NCBI GenBank assembly: GCA_002633005.1
Contig: NMRA01000014.1
Location: 397,898-461,897 of the forward strand
From: Phoronis australis
Taxonomy: Eukaryota > Animalia > Phoronida
Direction of reading: 5' to 3'
Length of the DNA: 64,000 nucleotides
Every line of letters starts with the position of its first letter. Position 1 is the first letter of the stretch. The position numbers were made by a program, and so were the translations under genes. The notes under the pieces are model-generated. The model made no database searches, had not been told where the DNA came from, and saw nothing but the letters and a program-made list of their open reading frames with translations. Positions 51,901 to 61,481 of this stretch are shown piece by piece.

Positions 51901-53525
51901 TGATTGCAAAACAATCTCTTTTCCTGGAATCACTTCCAGTGATAACTCAGTTCTTAAATCAAACAGCCTCAACTGATGAATGGGCCATGATTATGTAATC
52001 GAACCAGTAACATCAGGGCTGTTTGCTTTCATTAGGAATCCATACCCTGGGCATGCCTTGTTTGCTTTTCAAATGGGCAGTAAAGCTGGTGACCCTGGAA
52101 GTGGGCTGTTAACACAAAGTCCTGTTAGCACACAGTCAACAATTTACAGATCCACATGGCTTCATTTTTGGCTCATCTGGGGTGGAGGGTCAACAATGTG
52201 CCACAAACCATTCTCAGCCCTGGTGCAAATGCACAAAAATATAGCGTAACAAATGGTGTGCATACACATGTCTCTATTCAAGACACTTTACAAGGGGACA
52301 GATTTCCCCATACAAATTTATGTAGGCCTAACTCAAAACTTGACAGAAAAACTTACAACATAGAATAGTATCTCAAGATACATTTCTGTCATACTAAGAG
52401 CCCAAAACAGGAAACAGGTGATGTTAGGTGGTTTCATACTATGACCATCAAAGAACACTTGACAGATCACCTGGGATAGGCATCAGGTGGCCCATACAAT
52501 CATAGTAGGCCAACTCTTGTCCTGAAGGTGGATTGTTCGAACTATTCATACTTGGTAAACTTGCCCTAACTACATATCATGTTGTATCAAGGTACAGACT
52601 TAGTAAAAGCTGCTAATTAAATTTGTTTGATTGCCCTTGGGGTTTCTGATTCACATGTTACCACTTTAATTAAGCTAAGTCTGCTAGATAACTTTTGAAA
52701 AAGGCACAATATCATGCAGTCAACTCAAAGGGCACAGGTCCCAACATGGTCAAGAATATACCTGAGTAAAAATCATAGAAAAACGTGAATTTCAAAACAT
52801 TTTTTCTGAAACAATTAATGTATTAACAAAGACTCCTTGAACGGTGATTTTTCCACGGTCCAAACAAGCAGAGAGCCCGTAAAATGAACGTGTATCTTGA
52901 CTTTCCAGCAACACACATAAACTAAATTGTTGTGTACCACCGGGTGGGGAACACACCGGGAACACACCTGGACTGTCATTCCGCATTTTACAAAGCCAGG
53001 ACTATTAGACTAAGTAACTGTCTTGCTGAAATTCAGCACGATCGAGGCCGACAAAAATTGATGAACATGCGGTCTGGAATTGGTGGGATTAGGACACAAA
53101 TTCAGAACTCTGCAGGGTAAATTAACGGTCGGATAGGCCTAGCCACAGGCGTCCTCAGCTTCTGATCGACCCCAATAATAGTCTAGTACACTATGGACGA
53201 TCAGAAGCTGAGGACGCCTTTTAGTTTGGGTCTAACCACCCAACGTGTCTGAACTTTGAGAACCAGTTTTCTCCACTGAAGAAAGGACATCAAACTGGTT
53301 CTCAAAATATGGGCACGTTATTATTGTCCAGATTTCGTCAGTGGGACAAACAACAAGTAGCCCCTGTTAATACTAGTTCAGTACTGGCCAGTCAGATTAT
53401 ACGCCTACCACGCAAACGATTCCAGCTAGCACACTAGCAACTGCATGCGAACCCCATACTCACCTTTTAGCATAAACTGTACTAAGCAAAAGAACGCATG
53501 ACGTTAAAAATGCAGTAAGATGCAT
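3008..53525 (-). CDS. A2M: Alpha-2-macroglobulin-like thioester-containing protein gene (multi-exon, 3' part beyond left edge of window)
   Basis: 24 constitutive exons plus 4 alternative exons splice in frame via GT-AG with matching phases (3877 nt using exon 17A). Motifs in A2M order: signal peptide, [94 protein letters not shown]. Symbol is family-level. Confidence 0.95.
3681..3884 (-). CDS. A2M: A2M-like exon 24 (AKPFIFID...[16 protein letters not shown]...[13 protein letters not shown])
   Basis: Thioester-domain motifs; CAG/GTAAG; 204 nt. Confidence 0.95.
4040..5308 (+). mobile_element. Helentron/HINE-like non-autonomous repeat with internal ~145 bp tandem units, copy 1
   Basis: Recurrent CCACTAG(G/A)(G/T)GGC units, (GGAC)n microsatellite at ~5240, terminal hairpin ATGCATCCACAT..ATGTGGACGCA. 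Family assignment is by architecture. Confidence 0.65.
6715..6830 (-). CDS. A2M: A2M-like exon 23 ([19 protein letters not shown]...[12 protein letters not shown])
   Basis: Thioester-domain motifs; CAG/GTTAG. Confidence 0.96.
7166..7342 (-). CDS. A2M: A2M-like exon 22 with thioester motif GCGEQ (7272-7286)
   Basis: GDIMG...[20 protein letters not shown], the canonical A2M thioester site. Confidence 0.97.
7775..7867 (-). CDS. A2M: A2M-like exon 21 (...[20 protein letters not shown])
   Basis: LPxNVVxGSAR motif; CAG/GTATG; 93 nt. Confidence 0.92.
8100..8400 (-). mobile_element. Non-LTR retrotransposon C-terminal zinc knuckle remnant
   Basis: CPKC...[17 protein letters not shown], a CCHC-type motif. 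Confidence 0.55.
8440..8695. repeat. Dispersed repeat with a direct copy at ~34460-34720
   Basis: ATTGAACTAGACCGTATTTATCCACCTTGGCTG...GCCAAGCTGCTCTATTCATCGAGTCAC shared by both sites. Confidence 0.8.
9461..10708 (+). mobile_element. HINE-like repeat, copy 2
   Basis: Starts AACAGCAACACGGAGCGTTGAAATGCGCCC, same units, ends GATGACGGCATAATGCGTCC..GGCGCATAA. Confidence 0.65.
11010..11160 (-). CDS. A2M: A2M-like exon 20 (...[26 protein letters not shown])
   Basis: LVEPEG motif; TTCAG/GTAAAC. Confidence 0.92.
11372..11524 (-). CDS. A2M: A2M-like exon 19 (...LCVCGQE...LGNVNITVA)
   Basis: CVC and LGxVNITV motifs of MG7; TAG/GTAAGT. Confidence 0.92.
11822..12050 (-). CDS. A2M: A2M-like exon 18 (...VPDTITEW...[16 protein letters not shown]...VFNYL)
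   Basis: Highly conserved motifs; phase-2 acceptor compatible with any single exon 17. Confidence 0.95.
13488..13644 (-). CDS. A2M: Alternative bait exon 17D ([53 protein letters not shown])
   Basis: TTTCAG acceptor, GG|GTAAC donor, 157 nt, phase 1 to 2. Confidence 0.87.
14091..15850 (+). mobile_element. HINE-like repeat, copy 3 (diverged), between bait exons 17C and 17D
   Basis: Starts AACAAGAGCAACAAGGAGTGTTGAAATGCACCC; diverged CCACTAGGGG units; similar to the 45750-47318 copy. Confidence 0.6.
15905..15977. repeat. (GT)n microsatellite
   Basis: Direct reading. Confidence 0.95.
16688..16844 (-). CDS. A2M: Alternative bait exon 17C ([53 protein letters not shown])
   Basis: TCTTAG acceptor, GG|GTATGT donor, 157 nt, phase 1 to 2. 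Confidence 0.9.
17743..17848 (-). CDS. A2M: Alternative bait exon 17B ([36 protein letters not shown])
   Basis: CAG acceptor, GG|GTAAT donor, 106 nt, phase 1 to 2, YFPETWLW. The ORF track shows a different frame here. Confidence 0.85.
19286..19400 (-). CDS. A2M: Alternative bait exon 17A ([39 protein letters not shown])
   Basis: AAG acceptor, GG|GTAGG donor, 115 nt, phase 1 to 2, YFPETWLW. Confidence 0.88.
19582..19663 (-). CDS. A2M: A2M-like exon 16 ([27 protein letters not shown]), constant start of bait region
   Basis: TDLxLxTRPC motif seen in invertebrate A2Ms; TTACAG/GTCAGT; ends phase 1. Confidence 0.9.
20040..20299 (-). CDS. A2M: A2M-like exon 15, Pro-rich then acidic linker ending RLKR-SIWFP...DSLQAFE
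   Basis: TTTAG/GTAC boundaries, 260 nt open in the phase needed; DSxxAFE motif precedes the bait-proximal exon. Not called in the ORF track on this strand. Confidence 0.88.
21096..23122 (+). mobile_element. Decayed piggyBac-like transposon
   Basis: Fragments MDGVDLLD and [15 protein letters not shown] plus degenerate C-terminal Cys-rich remnant at ~22230-22660; imperfect terminal inverted sequences CCCTGGAAGGCCC / GGGCCTTCTGGGG with TTAA at right. Confidence 0.7.
24030..24570 (+). mobile_element. HINE-like repeat, copy 4 (3' portion)
   Basis: Three CCACTA units and the terminal GATGACAGCAATATGCGACA..TGTCGGCGCATAA hairpin. Confidence 0.65.
25090..25351 (-). CDS. A2M: A2M-like exon 14 (...[15 protein letters not shown]...)
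   Basis: SLC..VDKSV motif of MG6; CAG/GTAAGT; 262 nt. Confidence 0.93.
25574..25767 (-). CDS. A2M: A2M-like exon 13 (...[22 protein letters not shown]...CLANK)
   Basis: Conserved MG5 motif; CAG/GTAAAC; 194 nt. Confidence 0.93.
25980..26172 (-). CDS. A2M: A2M-like exon 12 ([11 protein letters not shown]... with insert ending RHRR)
   Basis: VMSRGxI motif; CAG/GTGAGT; 193 nt. Confidence 0.88.
27000..27221 (-). CDS. A2M: A2M-like exon 11 (...[11 protein letters not shown]...FKFNYE)
   Basis: SPSxSFL motif; TAG/GTAGG; 222 nt. Confidence 0.9.
27650..28115. repeat. Dispersed repeat with an inverted copy at ~41510-41980
   Basis: CAGTGACTTTACCAGATGTAG and ATAAATGCCAGAATGGAGTTAATCAGTC occur here and as reverse complements at 41510-41980. 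Confidence 0.8.
29046..29222 (-). CDS. A2M: A2M-like exon 10 ([12 protein letters not shown]...ETDKNGEF...)
   Basis: MG4 TDxNG motif; CAG/GTAAG; 177 nt. Confidence 0.9.
29847..30125 (+). pseudogene. Truncated KolX-like accessory protein (P2X7 ballast-like Cys-rich domain)
   Basis: YMFEP...[21 protein letters not shown] motif, convergent with the transposase and cut at the internal deletion. Confidence 0.8.
30120..31188 (-). pseudogene. Truncated THAP-domain Kolobok transposase
   Basis: N-terminal THAP ([26 protein letters not shown]), CxxC...CxxGH zinc motif, frameshift near 30320 into [15 protein letters not shown]; the rest of the catalytic region is missing. Confidence 0.85.
31792..31907 (-). 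CDS. A2M: A2M-like exon 9 (...[11 protein letters not shown])
   Basis: FKPGLxFxGK motif; AAG/GTACG; 116 nt. Confidence 0.88.
32340..32940 (+). mobile_element. Penelope-like retroelement reverse transcriptase remnant
   Basis: Frameshifted [57 protein letters not shown]. Confidence 0.8.
34229..34349 (-). CDS. A2M: A2M-like exon 8 (IKGCKKFSV...[13 protein letters not shown])
   Basis: GC..F and AxVTE..G pattern of MG3; phases fit both neighbours. Confidence 0.88.
34722..35222. other. Assembly gap
   Basis: Run of N. Confidence 1.
36195..37095. repeat. 16-17 bp minisatellite (TAGCGATCATTTTTAC), split by a HINE-like insertion
   Basis: About 14 units at ~36195-36428 and about 4 more at ~37040-37095. 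Confidence 0.9.
36432..37035 (-). mobile_element. HINE-like repeat, copy 5, inserted in a minisatellite
   Basis: Reverse-complement copy with both termini visible (AACAAGAGCAAC start; ATGTGGGCACATAA end). Confidence 0.7.
37443..37563 (-). CDS. A2M: A2M-like exon 7 ([16 protein letters not shown]...)
   Basis: YTYGxPV motif; TAG/GTGAG; 121 nt. Confidence 0.92.
38326..38410 (-). CDS. A2M: A2M-like exon 6 ([12 protein letters not shown]...FEVCAK)
   Basis: Completes EYVLPKF; CAG/GTGAGT; 85 nt. Confidence 0.92.
42220..42860 (-). mobile_element. Decayed non-LTR retrotransposon 3' region (RNase H end and zinc knuckle)
   Basis: [15 protein letters not shown] (RNase H C-terminal motif), [20 protein letters not shown]. 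Confidence 0.65.
45750..47318 (+). mobile_element. HINE-like repeat, copy 6 (diverged)
   Basis: Same unit motifs; ends ATGCACCCACAT..ATGTGGGCGCGTAA. Confidence 0.6.
47570..47756 (-). CDS. A2M: A2M-like exon 5 ([17 protein letters not shown]...FEVKEY)
   Basis: MG2 motifs RIAQW, LSEEP, GVWKI, FEVKEY; GTGAGT donor. Confidence 0.93.
48188..48240 (-). CDS. A2M: A2M-like exon 4 ([18 protein letters not shown])
   Basis: TTTTCAG/GTAAGT, 53 nt, expected VKFR continuation. Confidence 0.9.
48897..49082 (-). CDS. A2M: A2M-like exon 3 (...[14 protein letters not shown])
   Basis: Conserved [10 protein letters not shown] motif; CAG/GT boundaries; 186 nt. Confidence 0.93.
49268..49419 (-). CDS. A2M: A2M-like exon 2 ([25 protein letters not shown]..., MG1)
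   Basis: TTTCAG acceptor, GTATG donor, 152 nt, phase 2 to 1; typical A2M N-terminus. Confidence 0.9.
53464..53525 (-). CDS. A2M: A2M-like exon 1, signal peptide [20 protein letters not shown]
   Basis: ACAATG start context, hydrophobic leader ending VYA, donor GTGAGT, phase 2 matching exon 2, TATAAA about 90 bp upstream. Confidence 0.85.
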
Positions 53526-53579
53526 TGTTGGTGGCAAGTTGCTGTCACACAATTGCCAATCTGTCGTGCACCCTCGTCT

Positions 53580-53640
53580 AACACTCAGTGCACGAGCTAC
53601 ACTTCATTCTTAGTTTATAGCACTAAAGGTCAACCAAAGC
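53580..53640 (-). promoter_or_regulatory. Putative core promoter of the A2M-like gene
   Basis: TATAAA on minus strand at 53614-53619, ~90 bp upstream of the ATG; adjacent TGACCT nuclear-receptor-type half site. Confidence 0.5.
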
Positions 53641-55624
53641 GCGTTTTGTGTATCTACGCGAAGAAGTTGGTGGAAGATCCTAGGTAATTCAAAATTACAG
53701 AGTTTAATGAGATGTTGTATATTAAAAAAGCTTTTCATATCAATTTTAAATATATCCGCAGTTTTTTTTTAGAATATTAGGGCAAAACTCTCAGCACAAC
53801 GTAGTTTTCCATGTTTTGAGACCTTGAGATGGTGTGTAGGAATATGTTTAACTTGACCTTTGTTGACGTCACCATGTCGTGGGAGTAAATATACAAAACG
53901 TAAATAACTAAATATCCTGTTCAAAGTGATCGTCCCGCAAAGCATTATTGCGATATGCCGTGGTGAATATGTTCGAATCAAATTAGCTCTACTTGTTCTA
54001 TTGTCCGTAGCAGTGAGCGCCTGGTACGATTTAGCTTTCTATGAAATGAGACGGAAGGCCTAGTCATCAGCACGGGTGATAAGGTTATTCGGCGAAACTA
54101 AACCGGGATAACGTTTCGGTTGATGGTTGCATAAACGCGGGGTTCCTGCCAGTTTGCACTTGGTAGCATATTTAACTTATAACAGCACAATGCTTGTTTA
54201 AACATAATTAAATTGTTTGCCATGTTTAGGGATTGTGATTGTCGTTCAATGGGAATTCGTGACTCAGCCTGTCGTATAGCGAAGTCGAGGAAAACTTGTG
54301 ATCGTGACTCAAGTTCTAACACCGTCCGCCTGGTTTATGAACATATCGACAAAGTTCGAAAAACACAAGTTTGGGGCCAACGATCCATGTCTGTAGGTTG
54401 GAATTAATTAAAAGCTGCAATTATTCCAGGTTGGCCAGAACACGAAAATAGAATTATTCCTCATTTCTCATCATAAAAATTTTTCATAGTACCGTGATAA
54501 GATTTGCAAAACTGAACACCGAAACCATCAATGACCCAACAAAACGCTTCTATGTTACGGTGTCGGGGGTTTGGCAACCCTGAAATCGCGAATACGAAAG
54601 GGGGCAAATCTCCTACGCAGTGCCCTTTTTGTGCGAAATTCTGTCTCGTTAAGGAGTATCATCGTGAGATCAGCCGAGTATGGAGAGCCTGATTCGATTT
54701 TCGCTTTTAGCTAACGAAACATACAAGTGAAATGCATGCAGCTTTTAAGCCTCCTGTCAATGAGGAACGGTCCTAAATCTTTTTCTATCAGTTTATTAGC
54801 GGGTAAACGACCTACTTAAAGAAACGCATTTTGGTATTATTGCTGCATGGATGGAATAGATTTTTGAAGTTATTAGCTTTGACTAGAGCCACTAGAAAGC
54901 AGCAGAAACTGCGGTGTTTTTGTGATGCCATCGCTGCCGTTGTCCCTCAGTCATGTGGAGACGATTTAAACCTGGTGTTTTTTACCTGGCCATTGACAGA
55001 TTGGGGCCTTTACAGCGATCCTGTCAACAGCGCATTAGACTGCAACTGTAGGCTCATGATCTCCGCTCGCAGTTAACCCCTTTATAATCCCATTACTAAC
55101 CGTTACTTCATGGCTCAAGCATTTTAATTGACGGACCCGAGTTAGGCGAAGAAGACGTATACATTTATAAACAGAATGTTTCGCGTCAAAAAGAATCGTT
55201 ACCATTAATCGCGCGGAAAACTGAATCTAGCAAGGGTCCCGGAATATTCTCACGACCCGATTACTTAGGAGAATGCAAGGACCATTTGGGAGATTTCTAT
55301 GTATGCCTATAAAGAATCATGATTTGTTTGGATGATTCAGTAACATACAAAAATCGGTTTAATTTGAATTTTATTCGTCTTATTCGCCAAGCCTGATGCA
55401 GGATAATAGAAAGAGCCCGAGAAAAGGCTTCGCGTCTCTGCAAGGTACACAATTTCTAGCATGAATTTCAATTATTTAGTCTTAGCAAAACCTCAGTTCA
55501 GTTGTTTGCCTCTGACTATACACTATGAGTCCCACTCTTGTCACTTTAAGTTGCGCTTAGTAAGTAGGAACGACTTGTGTAGATGCATGACTATTTGTAA
55601 TATGAATGCCTAAATAAACTACTT

Positions 55625-55672
55625 ATCTATATATCAATCAATCAATCTATCTATCTATCTATCTATCTATCT
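55625..55672. repeat. (ATCA)n/(ATCT)n microsatellite
   Basis: Direct reading. Confidence 0.9.
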
Positions 55673-57039
55673 CATTACTTATACATCTACATGTGTGGCT
55701 GACTATTTTAATAGTATTAAAATACTGAGTTGAACAGTTGAAACAATTACTCAGAATACTGTTCTATAATCCAGTCTGCCTTAACTTGTCGATATAACAA
55801 AATTAGACTGTAAACATGCAGCAACAGCAGGTATTTATTTACAAGCACAATTACAGCACTTACTAGTGCGCAAAACGCCAAGTTCGAACTTTTGTTGTCT
55901 TTGGCCCATCCTACCGTCTTTAGACGACAGGACTGCGGATGTTCAAATTACCGAAAGGATAAACGTTGGCGTTTACAAAGTAATTTACAGATCTTCGGAC
56001 AGTCACGGAAGTTTCAGCAACCGACAAAATGTCGTCAGCAACCTAAGAATATGTTATTCCCTGTAGTCTGCACGAGTCATGTTTAACAGCAATTACGTAA
56101 CGGAAATTGTATCAGTTATATAAAGTTAATAACGAGTAGGAAGCTGGCGACTATGCAGTAACACACGGCTGCCCACGACAAAGGGCTCTACTGTCAAAGA
56201 TGGACAGTGGAGGACTTCTCGTCATCATTCATGTCGGAAAAGAAGAGTGTAACAAACTGATCTCAAACCATCGTCATAATAAAGTGTTTGATTCTAAGTT
56301 TACCACCAATTAACTGGTGTTTGCCAGTGTCCCAGTCAATGACAGTGATATGAAGCTTGAAGTTTTGAAGATGTCTTCTAATCCTACCACACGTCATGAT
56401 GGTAGTTTGACACTTTACTACTTTGCAATGCCATGGTTGATCAATTTAGATGTAGTCTGATCACGGCCGGTATGAAAGAGTTTGAAATATATTTTGTATT
56501 GTTGACGGTTCTAAGTAGTGAAAGAAAAAAATGTTTCATTAACATAACCAGGTTTCACCAGAATACATTTTGTAACAGTGGTTTTTCATTCAGTGATACT
56601 AGGACACGATCACATTTTGGGGTTGACATACACACGGGCTTACATCAGGTAAGCGGAACTTAAAGTAACGTCTGCACCCAATCTACAACGTCTCTAACTA
56701 AGTGATTATCTTATACGCAGTGCCTCTGGAGACCAATGACCAACGTATTCTCCATCAGGTATATGAGGTATGTTCCGACACAAAATCCTTCCTCCTAAGA
56801 AACCGGTATAATACCGGTCAAAGAGATTAATATTACTAGTACATGTAGCTCATTGATACCAGTACTCAAGGCTGTTCGGGAAGGTCGCAACATATAGTAG
56901 TCTCAGAAAAGTCTTCAAATGAATCTTAATTCAGTTGACTTAAAAGCCAAAAATGTATATGAACACCAAAGAGTTATAACTGGTATAATACCCTTTGTAT
57001 GAATTGGAGATATTGATTATGGGAAAATGTTTTTTTTCA

Positions 57040-58232
57040 AAGTCGGCTTATGAGCACACACTCTTCGGTGGGGCTCTTACATCTAGCCTACAGTCAACGA
57101 AATAAAGGAAATTCAAAAAGTGGAAATGGCAACTGAGGTTCTTTAGATCACAGAATTTTTGTCTCAGTGAACCTTTTATTCTGAATGAGGACTTTATGCA
57201 TCTAATAGTCTATTTAAGATGTCAAACGTGTGGGAAAAGATAACACCCAATAGAATTTTTCTGAGCATAGACAAAGCAAAATCAATCCACACATCAATGA
57301 ATTATAACGAATGTAATTCATCGATACATTTGCGGGAAAGTATTTTCAAATTGTCAGCTTACATGAGTACCTGCTCCTATTTAGTAATGGGACTATACCT
57401 AGCTTACAGTCAACGTGCCCATTTCTTTGCAAAGTTCTTAGACCACAATTTTAGAATATAGTGAATGCGCAGGCTGAAGGGAAAGAAAGTAACGCAAAGT
57501 TGTTCTTGGGACAGACAATTCGTCTCCCAACGACTCACTCGTAGACTACAAGAGTGTGATTCTCCCATTAGAAATAAAAAAGAAAACTGGCAGATAAAGG
57601 GCTACAGAGGCAATTCTTCAAGGCCTGGCAAAGTTAGACAAAAGTTAGTTAATACAAAAATGGAAATGGCAACTGTGGTTCATTTGACCACACAATTTGT
57701 ATCTGAGCGAGCCTTTATCTGGCTAAAATATCGTACAACTAATATACACTTAATTAAGATGTCGAACTTGTGAAAAAGATAGCAGAATACCTGAGAGTAT
57801 ATGTGCGAAAGGCATTGGGGTTAATATGTGGGCTGATGTTCGAACATTGTGATTATCAGTCTTGCAGAATGTCTAGTAATCGGGGCCCCCGGCTTCATGA
57901 AGTGTGTCTTTCAAAAATCACCTTATATGAGCACATGCACGCGAAACCTAGCCTACGATCAACAATCCCATGTCCTTGCAATCTTTTGAGCACACGACTT
58001 TAGAATATAGTGAATGTCCACACTGAAATTAAGCAAATTAAGAAGGAAATAACGCACAGCGGTTCTTAGGACACACAATTCGTCTCCCAACAACTCACTC
58101 GTAGACTACAAGAGTGTTATTTTGTCGCTTTGATTCTCCCATTAGGAATAAACAAGAAAAATGGCAGATAAAGGGCTACAGAGGCAATTCTTCAAGGCAT
58201 GGCAAAGTTAGACAAAAGTTAGTTAATACAAA
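57040..58232. repeat. Diverged tandem duplication, period ~540-560 bp
   Basis: ACAATTCGTCTCCCAA..ACTCACTCGTAGACTACAAGAGTG at ~57515 and ~58075; GGAAATGGCAACTG at ~57122 and ~57662. Confidence 0.8.
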
Positions 58233-58730
58233 ACAGTGGCGGATCTAGGATATCACAAGGGGGGCCAACATTTTCTCCGGCTGTAAGCATTTGCGCAAAC
58301 CACGACTGTAGATGCGCACAGCACCGAATGGGCGGAGGTCGGGAGGGGGGTTTTCCTCTAAAAATCAAGCATTTTCCTTGATTTCTGATGTATTATCCTA
58401 GAAAAAAAGGGAAAACGGAGAACGTGTCACACAGGAAAAATTGCGAGTTTCATAGACTTGTACTCACGATCTGGCTGATAGGACGCGCGTGCTTTACCAA
58501 TACACAACCACGACTTCACTAATATAATATTAGTAATAAGCAGAAACTAAGAGACCTACTTGTTTATGGTCCACCTACTTCTTTTTGTAATGCTTATTAC
58601 ACGTTTTATATTTTGTGCAATCGGTACTTAACAAATTTGTTGTATTTAAAATAGTCTTCAAATGCCCAAAAGACCAAATCTGTTATTCGTGTTGGCAATA
58701 ATGACGGGATTGCTTTGGAAATCGCCTTAA

Positions 58731-59848
58731 AAGGGAACTGTATTTTATTCTGAATAAATTCTGGATAGTTTTCTATGAATTGTTGATTAATTTCACAAAT
58801 AATTCAACACCAAAAATTAAACTTATGTTCTCTAACGAAGCTCAAAAAATTACCGGCTTGGAGCGCTGCTTAGTCTCGTGACGTATTTGGCGGGGGCAAA
58901 GTCACTGTCCTGTGTTAGCGTGCAATCAAGTAGCGTTTTTTATATTGTCGGAATAAGAAATTTTAGTGTGAAATTTCGGGTCACAAGGGATACCTGTTTG
59001 AGCCGAGGCAACACAAAGTGATACCTAGTCATCGTCATCGTCAGACGAAAATTTGCCGGTGTAACTGGTGTCAGTGACTGTGCCGAGGGCAATNNNNNNN
59101 NNNNNNNNNNNNNNNNNNNNNNNNNNNNNNNNNNNNNNNNNNNNNNNNNNNNNNNNNNNNNNNNNNNNNNNNNNNNNNNNNNNNNNNNNNNNNNNNNNNN
59201 NNNNNNNNNNNNNNNNNNNNNNNNNNNNNNNNNNNNNNNNNNNNNNNNNNNNNNNNNNNNNNNNNNNNNNNNNNNNNNNNNNNNNNNNNNNNNNNNNNNN
59301 NNNNNNNNNNNNNNNNNNNNNNNNNNNNNNNNNNNNNNNNNNNNNNNNNNNNNNNNNNNNNNNNNNNNNNNNNNNNNNNNNNNNNNNNNNNNNNNNNNNN
59401 NNNNNNNNNNNNNNNNNNNNNNNNNNNNNNNNNNNNNNNNNNNNNNNNNNNNNNNNNNNNNNNNNNNNNNNNNNNNNNNNNNNNNNNNNNNNNNNNNNNN
59501 NNNNNNNNNNNNNNNNNNNNNNNNNNNNNNNNNNNNNNNNNNNNNNNNNNNNNNNNNNNNNNNNNNNNNNNNNNNNNNNNNNNNNNNNNNNNNNNNNNNN
59601 NNNNNNNNNNNNNNNNNNNNNNNNNNNNNNNNNNNNAAATATGACATAAGCAATGAATGTGCAAAGCAGCCGATACCCCGCCGTTCACGTCACTGACACA
59701 TCAGCCAATCAGCGATCGCTTTCAGAATTCAGTGTTTTGACCATGAATACGAATTGGCTTTTGTTTGGCACGCAAGTCAGGCAAATGTGAGTTTTATTTG
59801 TATGTTAGAACCGATGAACTGCAACATTATTTTGACTACAGTCCCCTT
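58731..59848. mobile_element. Possible Kolobok-type non-autonomous element spanning an assembly gap
   Basis: TTAA-AAGGGAACTGTA left and TACAGTCCCCTT-TTAA right; the interior includes the N gap. Confidence 0.4.
59094..59637. other. Assembly gap
   Basis: Run of N. Confidence 1.
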
Positions 59849-60819
59849 TTAAGTTAAGGTTTGACAAAGAGAGAATTAATGGAGTTTCTGCGTGATTCAC
59901 TTAGGCTTCGATTATAATTCACATCTTACCAGCAGCTTCTGTTTTTTCATCGTCACTAAGGTTCCATTTTCTTTAAAAAATGAAGTAAATTTTCTCCATT
60001 GCACAGTGGAGCAGACGACGGAAACGGAGTCGTAGTGCGCAGCGCCACTGCCGGTCGCCTGGATATCGCGGGAGAACCTACACTTAGCCATAGTTCCGTT
60101 ACGAATGCGCCGTGTTCCGAATTTGACACTTGAAATTGGATCTGAGCCCCCCCCCAACACTAAAACTGCACACATTTAAATATTTTTTCATCCGTATCAT
60201 TTTAATTACCGGGGCAAATTAATAAACTCAACCTTTTCTTATGCTTTTGCTGTTTTATTTTTTGCGGCAGCCAATGGGGGGGGGGGCAACTGTGGTTCCT
60301 TAGACCGCACAATTTGTAGCTGAGCGAACCTAAGGGCGGCCGTTTATGCAAAAAAATCAAAATATGTATTCAATTCCATTTAATGAACTCGATGCCAACT
60401 GTATGGCAATTCAATCCTATTTTGTGTATTCAATGCTAGTACATCAATTCAATCTACATTCGTCGATTCCATATCGTGAACTCAATGCTGTTTTGTATAT
60501 TCTATCCTGTTTACTGACTTCAATGCTGTTTAGTCGATTCTGTTTCGTCTATCCTAGCGGCCTATGGGTGAAACCAGGAGGAGATAACCAGTCCTGGTTA
60601 TCTCTTCCTGGTGAAACTAATAACTTCATAAATTCTATCCTGTCTTGAATTCAATCCTATTTTTGTTAGCCTATAGACGAAACCAATGTGTCGCATGCGT
60701 TTGAGCTCCCGCCTTTGTCTTTGCGTAAATTCTGCTGTCAAAAGCGAAGCAAGAATTGTTTCTGACAATGTCACAGAGAGAACTGCTGTCAAATATCGTT
60801 GGTCTTTTGACCGATGCAG

Positions 60820-61481
60820 TTGGCCAGCTAATAATGTTATTCTGGACGGTGAAGAGATTGAAAATGTCTCAGAATTTACTTATCTGGGGAGTGTCGTTAG
60901 CACAAGTGGGGGAACTGAAGAGGACATTAAAACACGCATCAAGAAAGCTCGTCAGGCACGCGCTATGCTAAAGCCTGTATGGCGTTCAAAGATCTACTCA
61001 CTAGTCAAGTCAAAGTTAAGAATCCTCAACTCTAATGTGATGTCTGTTCTTCTTTACGGTTCAAAGACGTGTAGACTTACAAAAACATTGGTCAACTGTA
61101 AATAGATGCCTGTGACAAATCTTGCAGATTAAATGGTAGGATGAAGAGATTTGGCGAAAAACTGGGCATGAGACTCAGATAAAGTGGCGAAAATGGAAGT
61201 GGGTGGGGAACACCCTCAGAAAAGCTGACAAAAGCATCACAAAACAAGCCCTGTCCTGGAACCCGCGGGGAAGTCGTCGACGAGGCAGACCAGTCCAAAC
61301 GTGGAGGAGGACAATGGAAGCCGAACTCCGTGAAACCGGATACAACATCAAAGATACTATAAAATCTTTGACAGCACGTAGCAAATGAGACAGGTGGCGA
61401 ACAACAGGATTCGATGGCGTTCGGTCACAGAGGCCCTATCCACCACGGGGTAGCAAGGGTTTTAAGTCAAGTAAGTCAAGT
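60820..61481 (+). mobile_element. 5'-truncated RTE-clade LINE, 3' end
   Basis: IENVSEFTYLGS..DIKTRIKKA..VLLYGS and WKWVGNTLRK..ALSWNP.G.RRRGRP..TWRR, followed by an AAGTC/AAGT repeat tail. Confidence 0.85.
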
